From positions 1-28,397 of IMG/VR virus record IMGVR_UViG_3300030708_001134: 28,397 bases of DNA; one strand, given 5' to 3'. Both the position numbers and the translations under genes were made by a program. The stretch is from a virus. Taxonomy: Duplodnaviria; Caudoviricetes. This document shows, one piece after another, positions 17,566 to 25,634 of this stretch. Each line of letters opens with the position of its first letter. The first letter of the stretch is position 1. A model generated the notes under the pieces. The model was not told where the DNA came from, made no database searches, and worked only from the letters and a program-made list of their open reading frames with translations.

Positions 17566-20500
17566 ATGCCAGTATTTAATAACGCATTAGCAGGTGCCGC
17601 CGGTTCTGGCGGCGCTGGTGATTTCAAGATTGAACGCAGCTTGCGTTTGAATGACACCGATTCAGCTCATCTTAAAAGAACATTTATTGCTGGTAATACA
17701 CGAAAATGGACATGGGCTGGCTGGGTAAAACGAAATAAACTAGGCGGCTACCAAACTTTATTTGGACACGTTAGTTCAGCCCATGGTCAACACTACGTTG
17801 ATTTTGGTAGCGACGTAATTCGTTTTATCAGGCACGATAATGGAACTAATGAAGCTGATCTCCGAACATCTGCAAAATACCGAGATGTTGGGGCGTGGAT
17901 GCACGTATGTGCAATCTGGGATGTTGGAAACTCAACGCCTAACCACCGCCAAAGGCTCTTTGTTAATGGAGTAGAAGTTACTGAGTTTGGCGTTCGTACT
18001 AACCCGGCGCAGGACTACCATAATGGTGTTCTTAATAGCGCTATTCAACACAACATTAGCAGAGTTCTTACTCAAAATTACGGAGCTTTCCAATTAGCTG
18101 ATGTTCATTTTCTTGATGGCACTGTTGCAGGCATCTCCACTGATGATGCTTCTGGCTCTGTAACAGGAACACCAAATGCTGCATATTTGACAGATTTTGG
18201 TGAATTTAGCCAAGAGACTGGTATGTGGAATCCGAAAGAATATACCCATGCATCAGCAGTCAGTTACAGCAGCGGCAGTCAGATTTCGCTAGATCCTGGT
18301 AATTACTACCTTGATAACCTAGACGGTCCTCATGCTTTTAATAGCGATGGACATACTTACATTGATGCTCGCCTTGGTACTGGATCAAACAATACTTCTA
18401 ACATTATTTGGCAACCCACAGGTGGGATTCAAGGCGTAACTAAGATTAGAGTTCATACAAACTATGCCACCCATTATAAAATCAATAATGGGAGCTGGAC
18501 TTCGTTTACAAGTAACGGCACATACGCCGAAATTTATAACGGAAGTGCTATTACTCTGAATAAACTAGAAATTCGTAGAGATAACTGCCAGGCTTCTGAC
18601 TGGGGTCACCGGGTTACTTTCTACGAAATCAATGACGTCGAATACCAGAATGTAGGAACTAACAGTTTCCACCTCGACTTCGATCCTACTGCTAGTAGTC
18701 AGACGTATAGCACTGGTGGAGATGATACCAACGCTACCAATTCGGGTGTGGGTTGGGCTGCTCTGTTTGATACTTCATACGAAGGTGCGTATCCATTACA
18801 AAACACAACCATGAACTGGACTGGAAGCATTCCAGCCAACGGTAAGAATGTTCGTATTGGTTACAGAGCGGACGCATCTGCAGGAGGGTCGATTGTTGTT
18901 AATAACGTTTCAACATCACTTATTTCTAATAGCTTTTACAATGTTCAGTGGGCTGACCTCGGCACATTTAGTGCAGATATTACTTCGATGTCAGTCAGCA
19001 GGACAAATGTTGGCTTCCAAGGCGGCATTATCTTTTCCTATCTTGAAGTTGACGGTAAAATCGTTGTTAATTACGAAGCCCCTGGTGTTGACGTTAGCGG
19101 TGTTGAAAACCATTGGGTGCCTAGAAACCTGAGCGTAACAGGCGTTGGTGTAGGACCGAATGGATGGCCTAATAAAGTTGGCAGTCCTCAATCTACTTGG
19201 GACAGTGCGGCTACAACTTCTACAGTAAACAGTGGTACATCTTGGCCGACCGTTGGGAATACCAACACACTACATTTTGATACTCAGGCACTAGGAACAC
19301 ACACCATTACGTTTACCAAAACTGGTGGAGGTAATAACATTGACTTTGAAAGTTCTTCAAGTCCTAACACCGGATACTCAAGAGTAACTAATACCGCATC
19401 TACTATTACTATTTCGTCAACAACTTCTAGCCGAACCCACAGTTACAACCGATATGTAAGGTTTAGTGGTTCTGGTAGTGGCAACGTAACCTTTAGTATT
19501 GTCGGTACTGCACAAGGAACGGATTTTACTGGCATTGACTGTTTTCGTGACTCCCCAAGTGATTACGTTGACGGGACAAATGTTGGTGGTAACTTCGCCA
19601 CACTAAATCCCTTGACTAATTTTGCTGGTCAACTGACACCGCTAAATGGAAACCTGGATGTTGACACTACAGGCATGTCTGAATCTTGGAAAGGGGCAGT
19701 TGCAACGATTGGCTTAACGTCAGGTAAATGGTATGCGGAATTTACCATCCTCGATAAATACACAACCAATCATATTAACATCGGTATTAACCCCTTAAAC
19801 AGGCAAGTTACTCCACTACAAAGTACGTCTGAATCAGGACATTACTATAACTCTGAAGGACAATTTTGGAACGCTTCGTCTTATTCAAGTGGCAGTTACG
19901 CTTCTTATGACGATGGAGACATTATTGGTGTTGCGGTCAATTTTGACACAAACCGAATCCATTACTACAAGAATGGAACTGAAATAGATTACACCAACCT
20001 AAACTCCAATATCACCACTCATGGTTTTCAGTATGCAATAGCGCCGTACGCAGGTGGTAGCAATGTAAATAAAATTGCTTGTAATTTTGGTCAACGTCCG
20101 TTTGCCTATCCCGTATCTGGCTACAATGCGGTCTGCACGCAGAATCTTGACGACCCACTAATTAAGAAAGGTTCGGATCACTTTATCGCTAAAAAGTACA
20201 CTGGTTCTTCAGGAGACAAAGTGGTTACCACTGGTTTCCAACCAGACTTTGTATGGATTAAAAACCTGGGTCAAGCGCGTTGGCATAGACTTGCTGATTC
20301 TGTTCGTGGCGTTGCAAGGAATCTCTACACTAATGCTGTGAATGGAGAAGACAACTCTAACAACTACAACCACAAGAGTTTTGATTCTACAGGGTTTACT
20401 GTTTGGGACACAGACAGAGACACCAATAGCAGTGATGGTGATGCGTACATATCCTGGTCTTGGAAAGGCGGTTCAACATTTAGCAATAGTGCTGGATCTA

Positions 20501-21192
20501 ATGGAGCATCTATCCCTTCATCTGGTACAGCTAACCAAACTGCTGGGTTCAGTATTGTCTCGTACGAAGGAAACGGTTCTTCTGGAACAGTCTTTCATGG
20601 GCTTTCAAGCGCACCAGATATGATTTGGTGCAAGAACAGGGATGCTAACACAAACTGGTTTGTATATCACAAAGACCTGGGCACTAACGCACTACTGTTA
20701 AACAGTGTCTCCAATGTATTTAGCCCTTCGCCAGCAGGAATCAATGCAACTTCGGCTAGCACTTTTACATTAGGTGGCAATCGAACCGAAACAAACACCG
20801 ATGAAGAAAATTACATCGCTTACTGTTTTACGGACATTGATTCATATTGTAAAGTCGGCAAATTTAGGGGCAACGCCAGCTCTAATGGTACGTTTGTGTT
20901 TACCAATTTTAAACCAGCGTTTGTGATGATCAAAGGAGATAGTAACTACGATGGTGGTGGCACCGTTGTCAACGGTTACAACTGGTATATGTATGACAAC
21001 GCTCGTGATACTTATAACGAGGTTGATCAGATTCTTGCTGCAAATAAAGCTTTTCCTCAAGAAAGTAATGCAGACATAGATTTTCTTTCCAATGGTTTTA
21101 AGTTACGCACAGTTGCAGCTCCTAACGCTAACCTTGAACAGTATTACATTGCATTTGCTGAAAACCCCTTCAAATACGCACGCGCACGCTAA
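17566..21192 (+). CDS. Large tail fibre / receptor-binding protein with LamG-like and SPRY-like domains
   Basis: IERSLRLN...KWTWAGWVKR...YRDVGAWMHV (concanavalin/LamG-like). SGKWYAEF...DIIGVAVNFDTNRIHYYKNG (SPRY-like). C-terminal GFQPDFVWIK...AGFSIVSYEGNG...FLSNGFKLR...AFAENPFK. Confidence 0.8.
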   Translation: MPVFNNALAGAAGSGGAGDFKIERSLRLNDTDSAHLKRTFIAGNTRKWTWAGWVKRNKLGGYQTLFGHVSSAHGQHYVDFGSDVIRFIRHDNGTNEADLRTSAKYRDVGAWMHVCAIWDVGNSTPNHRQRLFVNGVEVTEFGVRTNPAQDYHNGVLNSAIQHNISRVLTQNYGAFQLADVHFLDGTVAGISTDDASGSVTGTPNAAYLTDFGEFSQETGMWNPKEYTHASAVSYSSGSQISLDPGNYYLDNLDGPHAFNSDGHTYIDARLGTGSNNTSNIIWQPTGGIQGVTKIRVHTNYATHYKINNGSWTSFTSNGTYAEIYNGSAITLNKLEIRRDNCQASDWGHRVTFYEINDVEYQNVGTNSFHLDFDPTASSQTYSTGGDDTNATNSGVGWAALFDTSYEGAYPLQNTTMNWTGSIPANGKNVRIGYRADASAGGSIVVNNVSTSLISNSFYNVQWADLGTFSADITSMSVSRTNVGFQGGIIFSYLEVDGKIVVNYEAPGVDVSGVENHWVPRNLSVTGVGVGPNGWPNKVGSPQSTWDSAATTSTVNSGTSWPTVGNTNTLHFDTQALGTHTITFTKTGGGNNIDFESSSSPNTGYSRVTNTASTITISSTTSSRTHSYNRYVRFSGSGSGNVTFSIVGTAQGTDFTGIDCFRDSPSDYVDGTNVGGNFATLNPLTNFAGQLTPLNGNLDVDTTGMSESWKGAVATIGLTSGKWYAEFTILDKYTTNHINIGINPLNRQVTPLQSTSESGHYYNSEGQFWNASSYSSGSYASYDDGDIIGVAVNFDTNRIHYYKNGTEIDYTNLNSNITTHGFQYAIAPYAGGSNVNKIACNFGQRPFAYPVSGYNAVCTQNLDDPLIKKGSDHFIAKKYTGSSGDKVVTTGFQPDFVWIKNLGQARWHRLADSVRGVARNLYTNAVNGEDNSNNYNHKSFDSTGFTVWDTDRDTNSSDGDAYISWSWKGGSTFSNSAGSNGASIPSSGTANQTAGFSIVSYEGNGSSGTVFHGLSSAPDMIWCKNRDANTNWFVYHKDLGTNALLLNSVSNVFSPSPAGINATSASTFTLGGNRTETNTDEENYIAYCFTDIDSYCKVGKFRGNASSNGTFVFTNFKPAFVMIKGDSNYDGGGTVVNGYNWYMYDNARDTYNEVDQILAANKAFPQESNADIDFLSNGFKLRTVAAPNANLEQYYIAFAENPFKYARAR

Positions 21193-21207
21193 TTAAAACA
21201 ACTAACT

Positions 21208-21741
21208 ATGCTTCAACTTAATGGTAAGACCTTGCGTATTGGCAAGGCATTTGTTCACGAGGGTATGCAATACCCATCGAATTGGCTTGCCTTGACTTCT
21301 TTGGAGGAAAAACAAGCCATTGGTATCGTTGAAGTTCCTGACCCTTCCGTGGTGTCTTGGGACCAACGTTTCTACTGGGGTGCTGATAACCCTAAAGATC
21401 TCGATCAACTCAAGGAAACTTGGACTGCAGAAGTCAAAAAAACTGCAGGCTCCCTGCTTAGCCAAACCGACTGGTATGTCGTTCGTCAGGCAGAGAACAG
21501 TGCTGCTGTACCTGCTGCGGTGCTTACCCGCCGTGGTGAGATCCGCACGCTGAGCAACGAAAAAGAGACTGCTATCGCTGCCTGTGCAGACGTTGCAGCT
21601 CTTGCTGAGTACGTGACTGGTTCTGAATACAGCCGCTGGGAAGCTCTTCCTGAGCCCGAACCCGAGCCAACTCCTGAACCGGAAGCAACTCCAGAACCGA
21701 CTCCTGAGCCTACCCCCGAACCTACCCCTTCTGAAGAATGA
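21208..21741 (+). CDS. Probable tail fibre assembly/chaperone protein with a C-terminal Pro-Glu repeat
   Basis: YPSNWL, DQRFYWG and LLSQTDWYVVR motifs typical of fibre-associated chaperones. Ends PEPEPEPTPEPEATPEPTPEPTPEPTPSEE. Confidence 0.7.
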   Translation: MLQLNGKTLRIGKAFVHEGMQYPSNWLALTSLEEKQAIGIVEVPDPSVVSWDQRFYWGADNPKDLDQLKETWTAEVKKTAGSLLSQTDWYVVRQAENSAAVPAAVLTRRGEIRTLSNEKETAIAACADVAALAEYVTGSEYSRWEALPEPEPEPTPEPEATPEPTPEPTPEPTPSEE

Positions 21742-21905
21742 TCACCCTTATCCGTCCAATTCTTTTTTCGTTTATCAACTCTGAAAAGGTCAAGCGTTTG
21801 ATCGTAGACCTGTTAACCAAACTGGCTGAACAAACCGACAACACTGTGGATGATGAAGCAGTGAAGTTCATCGAACGCGGACTGTTCGGTGGACCAGTGG
21901 CCTGA
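21738..21905 (+). CDS. Small conserved cyanopodovirus protein (55 aa, TDNxVDD motif; lysis-gene position)
   Basis: ATGA overlap with the previous stop. Translates as MITLIRPILFSFINSEKVKRLIVDLLTKLAEQTDNTVDDEAVKFIERGLFGGPVA. Not in the ORF track. Confidence 0.75.
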   Translation: MITLIRPILFSFINSEKVKRLIVDLLTKLAEQTDNTVDDEAVKFIERGLFGGPVA

Positions 21906-22311
21906 TCCTCCAGCATTTCCCTCTCTAACGCTTCCAGAAGCGCCTACAATGCCTGCGCCGGTCCTAGAAGTACCAAGGGCTAAGATACCTTCTTACAAGC
22001 CCCTTGTAGTCCCTCCTAGCGACCTGCGCCCTCCACCGGGGGTAAGAGGGGAAAACGAGGATAAGTCACCAGACAAATCAACCCCTAAAGCGAAAGAAGT
22101 ACAAATGGTTGACGTGCCATTTACGGACATAACAGTCCCGATGCCGTCAACTGAAATCATGACTGCTGCAGGAACAACTGCTGTTATTTCTGTTGCAGCT
22201 ACTCTCACTGCTACCTCTGTTTTCAAGTATTTAGTGATGGTAATGAAACCTGTACTTAAACAAGCATGGAGCAAATTAACGAAGAAGAAAAAGAAAAAAA
22301 ACCCTTCTTAA
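21889..22311 (+). CDS. Proline-rich hypothetical protein with a C-terminal hydrophobic helix and Lys-rich tail
   Basis: Pro-rich N-terminal half, hydrophobic TTAVISVAATLTATSVFKYLVMVMKP segment and a KKKKKK tail. The start is uncertain. Confidence 0.65.
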   Translation: MDQWPDPPAFPSLTLPEAPTMPAPVLEVPRAKIPSYKPLVVPPSDLRPPPGVRGENEDKSPDKSTPKAKEVQMVDVPFTDITVPMPSTEIMTAAGTTAVISVAATLTATSVFKYLVMVMKPVLKQAWSKLTKKKKKKNPS

Positions 22312-22580
22312 AAAAGGTAAAAGAACACGCGGAAAAGGATATTGAAATCCTTGGAACTTTTGTTCGACTAGGTGTCGTTGTATGGAGTGGTTTTATTATC
22401 ACTCTGAATTACGTTGACATCCCTATGATCAAAAAGGGTCAAAGTGGGGGCGACATAACTTTTGTTGCCTCTGTATTTACAGGCGCGTTAGCTACTTTTG
22501 GACTAAATACTTCCAATAACAAAAACGGAAACGGCAAACCTGTCAACTGTCCTATGCAAAAGAAAAAAGAGGAATGCTAA
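22266..22580 (+). CDS. Two-TM membrane protein, holin candidate
   Basis: Two hydrophobic segments (ILGTFVRLGVVVWSGFIITLNYV and ITFVASVFTGALATFGL) with charged termini. Confidence 0.65.
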   Translation: MEQINEEEKEKKPFLKKVKEHAEKDIEILGTFVRLGVVVWSGFIITLNYVDIPMIKKGQSGGDITFVASVFTGALATFGLNTSNNKNGNGKPVNCPMQKKKEEC

Positions 22581-22924
22581 AACTACTTTTCCTGATTCTT
22601 ATCGCAGCTCCGGCTGCAGCCCAGCAAGTGACCCCTAACTTTACACAAGGGTCCATGCAATCCACTACTACTACCACCGTTGACATCGAGCGCACTATTG
22701 AGCGGGAGATCATGGGCGGTGATTATAAATCATGGTCTGGAACGAATGTCACCCCAAGCGGGGATATTATGAGCGACTCCACAACCTATTCCGTAACCAC
22801 CGCTGGCGAACAGTTCCAACTGGAGACTGTCGTGCGGGATGCGGGCGTCGTGGAGACGTACAGCATCGAAGAGGTTATCGAATCAACCTCTACCACTACC
22901 TCGCTGTCGGTCTTCTCTCAGTAA
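22574..22924 (+). CDS. Secreted Thr/Ser-rich hypothetical protein
   Basis: Signal peptide MLKLLFLILIAAPAAA, then VTPNFTQGSMQSTTTTT and a C-terminal TTTSLSVFSQ. Confidence 0.75.
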   Translation: MLKLLFLILIAAPAAAQQVTPNFTQGSMQSTTTTTVDIERTIEREIMGGDYKSWSGTNVTPSGDIMSDSTTYSVTTAGEQFQLETVVRDAGVVETYSIEEVIESTSTTTSLSVFSQ

Positions 22925-23418
22925 CACCTGCTTTTGCAGCACCTGAAGACCCAACTGTCCAAAACAGCTCTAACCCCGTAGCAGCAGCAACAGGCAATGT
23001 AACAAACCAGGCGGTGCAGTTCCAAAACAATGGCGCACCGTCTCGTCAATACTTTGCCAATAACGTTAGTTGTAACGGGGCTACGATGCAGCTCAGCCCG
23101 TTTTACATGGGCAACGACACTATCCCTAACGACTCATCGGGATATGTCCGCAACAATAACTTTGGTATGCAGCTTAATTTTAGCGTACCGCTTGACGGTA
23201 GCATGATTGAGCTTTGCAAAAGCATCGCTAAAAAACACGAACAAAAACTACGTCTTGATTACGAACTTGTTCGTGCTCTTAAATGTACGGAGATCATGAA
23301 GGCTGGGTTTATGTTTAGACCTGGCAGTCGTGTAGAAGTTCTTTGTCATGACGTAATACCAATAGTAGCCAATGGCAAAGAAAAAAGCGACGGAGGATCA
23401 GTTCAACGAACTCCATAA
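22732..23418 (+). CDS. Secreted/outer-membrane hypothetical protein (true start uncertain, possibly near 22882)
   Basis: Signal-like YLAVGLLSVTPAFA, then SNPVAAATGNVTNQAVQ, SCNGAT, FGMQLNFSVPLD and Cys residues (LCK, LKC, LCHD). Confidence 0.7.
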   Translation: MVWNECHPKRGYYERLHNLFRNHRWRTVPTGDCRAGCGRRGDVQHRRGYRINLYHYLAVGLLSVTPAFAAPEDPTVQNSSNPVAAATGNVTNQAVQFQNNGAPSRQYFANNVSCNGATMQLSPFYMGNDTIPNDSSGYVRNNNFGMQLNFSVPLDGSMIELCKSIAKKHEQKLRLDYELVRALKCTEIMKAGFMFRPGSRVEVLCHDVIPIVANGKEKSDGGSVQRTP

Positions 23419-23623
23419 CCTCGTCACCAAAGAGTTCCTTGCCCGTATTAAATCGGGTGAGGCCACTACACAAGACTTAAAAGCAGCCTGTGATTGGCTG
23501 AAAACAAACGACATTAGTGGTGTGGCTTATGACGGCAACCCACTTTCCAAGCTCGCTCAGGTGATGCCTGAGATCGATCCTGAAATGGTACAAAAACGAC
23601 TTTATGGCTCAGCAGTCCGGTAG
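23372..23623 (+). CDS. Terminase small subunit (DNA maturase A, gp18-like)
   Basis: 83 aa with KATEDQFNELH...RIKSGEATTQDLKAACDWLKTNDI. Upstream of terL. Confidence 0.82.
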   Translation: MAKKKATEDQFNELHNLVTKEFLARIKSGEATTQDLKAACDWLKTNDISGVAYDGNPLSKLAQVMPEIDPEMVQKRLYGSAVR

Positions 23624-23858
23624 CTCTACAGCTCACTACGCCGGTAACCGCCGATCCCTTTTGGTCAAGCGTGCTTACCAGCGCAAATACAACAAAAAGA
23701 AAAAAGAAGTAAAACGCAGAGTTGAACTCAAGCGTATTAACCGACAGAAGGGCACCTATGGCAATGGTGACGGTAAAGATGTATCTCACAAAAAAGACGG
23801 AACAGTCTTTATGGAGAAAGCTTCTAAAAACCGTGCACGAAACCGTAGTCGTAAATGA
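23604..23858 (+). CDS. Small basic HNH-like protein
   Basis: Lys/Arg-rich with GDGKDVSHKK...ASKNRARN, a minimal HNH-like signature. Confidence 0.65.
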   Translation: MAQQSGSSTAHYAGNRRSLLVKRAYQRKYNKKKKEVKRRVELKRINRQKGTYGNGDGKDVSHKKDGTVFMEKASKNRARNRSRK

Positions 23859-24184
23859 CCCCCTTGCTTCCTACACCTGATCATTACTTACACAACCTAA
23901 TAACCATGACGTCCTCTGAAGCCAAGCGCCTTTGGAGGCGCAGCATCAAAGAACACTTTGGATGCACATGTGTTTATTGCGGAATTACTTATGACTTACA
24001 TGAACTTACTCTTGACCACGTACATCCTCGTTCTCTTGGGGGTGAAGACATCACATCAAATGTCGTACCAGCGTGTGCCTGTTGTAATCAGGAAAAAGGA
24101 AGCTCCCATTGGCGCTCTTGGATGAGAGAGCAATTTGGAAAGAATTTACTTAGAGAATCACTAATTTTATCCCACATTAACTGA
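23855..24184 (+). CDS. HNH endonuclease
   Basis: CVYCG...LTLDHVHPRSLGG...NVVPACACCNQEKG, a classical Zn-binding HNH motif. Confidence 0.92.
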   Translation: MTPLLPTPDHYLHNLITMTSSEAKRLWRRSIKEHFGCTCVYCGITYDLHELTLDHVHPRSLGGEDITSNVVPACACCNQEKGSSHWRSWMREQFGKNLLRESLILSHIN

Positions 24185-24711
24185 TGGCGTCGCCTAATTT
24201 TGCGAAAAAAAATCCCTTTATGGGAATGACTGTCGCTCAAATGAAAGCTTACTACGACAAAAAAGTACGTGGTAAGGGTCTCAAAGCAAAAGACCTGAAG
24301 GTCCTTGCAGACCAAATGCAAGCTGCAAAAAAGGCAGCTCCCAAGCCTAAAGCTGCAGCATCTAAACCTGCAACATCTAAACCCAAAGTTAAAGGTAAAC
24401 CACCGGCTACGGACTCTCGTTTTATGAGTTCTTCTAGCCAGTACACAGGTGATGCTTTGGACAAACCAAAAACCAAGACTGTTAAGTCTCGTGGTGTAGG
24501 TGTTAAAGGCCGTCTGCCTCAACAACCAAAATCAACTTCTAAACCCACTTCTCGTGGTGTAGGTGTCAAAGGTCGTGGTACAGGAACACCTGCACCTTCT
24601 CGCCCAGGTGGACGTGCAGAGCGTGCAAGGCGTAATCCACCTGCACCCGCACCCAGACGCAGACGTCTGTCTATTGCAGAACGTCGTCGCGCACGTCGCA
24701 GTACTCGCTAA
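24184..24711 (+). CDS. Highly basic low-complexity protein (histone H1/protamine-like composition)
   Basis: 175 aa, K/R/P/A-rich, with a duplicated SRGVGVKGR and an Arg-rich C-terminus. Coupled to both neighbours by single-base overlaps. Confidence 0.65.
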   Translation: MASPNFAKKNPFMGMTVAQMKAYYDKKVRGKGLKAKDLKVLADQMQAAKKAAPKPKAAASKPATSKPKVKGKPPATDSRFMSSSSQYTGDALDKPKTKTVKSRGVGVKGRLPQQPKSTSKPTSRGVGVKGRGTGTPAPSRPGGRAERARRNPPAPAPRRRRLSIAERRRARRSTR

Positions 24712-25634
24712 TGGAAGCTCAAATACTAAGACACGTTCTTGGTAGGTTTAAGAGTGTAGATACGCAACCTTTTCGTTCAATTATTCCTAGGGGAGATGAG
24801 ATTCCTAAAACCCTAGACGAAGCAATACTTACTAAAACTCCTTTTTACAAAGACGAAAAGGGTGCCACCCAACACCTTGCTTACCAAAAATTAAACGACA
24901 ACGAAGTCGAGCTTGTACAGGAACCGTCACCTGTTCGGTTCAAGGATAACATGTTTGATCAAAACGTGTACGATTTTAACGACGGACAGCAAGAAGAAAT
25001 CAAACAACAACTGTTTTCTTACATTCAAGAGACTGGTGGTACTAAAGGGTTTGGTGCAATTCTAATTGACGGTCAACGTCGTAAACCTAAAGCACGTAGT
25101 GCAATGGCTAATGTTTCTGACCCAAAAGGCATTAAACTTAACACTAAAGGTGGTCTTGATAAAGCACAAGCAAAACGTGACCAAGGACTAAGCTTTGATC
25201 CTGCAGCAGTAAAAGCTGCATTAGAAAAGTTTGGTGCACCTGAACGGTTTGACGAAATCAAACGACATGTGTCTAAGGGCATACGTCAAAAGCATGCCGT
25301 TCGTACTGGTGTAAACAAGCGTGCTGGTAAAACAGTTACGACTATTGGTCACATTGGTTCTGTTAAAGGCGGTTATCTTAACACCCCCGAGAACCTAATG
25401 TTTGAAGCTGCTTCTACCAACTTTAGTCGTCAACATAAAGATGATTTGCCAGAAGATGTCTTGCGAATGCTTGGTGTTTTCAAAAGTTGGGAAGAATACG
25501 TTGCTTACTACTTGTTTGAAGACTTGCAAATGGACAAGATCCTAACTAAATCTGATCGTAAACGAATTATCAACGGCGAAGACTTTGAAAAGGTCTTTCG
25601 TCAACGTGAAGCTCTTATCGAAGCATCAGTATGA
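24711..25634 (+). CDS. Hypothetical protein with a divergent HNH-like motif
   Basis: 307 aa. TIGHIGSVKGGYLNTPENLMFEAASTNFSR resembles the H...GG...NL...N beta-beta-alpha-metal motif. Confidence 0.6.
   Translation: MEAQILRHVLGRFKSVDTQPFRSIIPRGDEIPKTLDEAILTKTPFYKDEKGATQHLAYQKLNDNEVELVQEPSPVRFKDNMFDQNVYDFNDGQQEEIKQQLFSYIQETGGTKGFGAILIDGQRRKPKARSAMANVSDPKGIKLNTKGGLDKAQAKRDQGLSFDPAAVKAALEKFGAPERFDEIKRHVSKGIRQKHAVRTGVNKRAGKTVTTIGHIGSVKGGYLNTPENLMFEAASTNFSRQHKDDLPEDVLRMLGVFKSWEEYVAYYLFEDLQMDKILTKSDRKRIINGEDFEKVFRQREALIEASV

Noticed and set aside
22574-22924. CsgF-like curli assembly protein, suggested by the PNF after the signal peptide
   Set aside because: The similarity is limited to three residues and there is no CsgG-like partner nearby.
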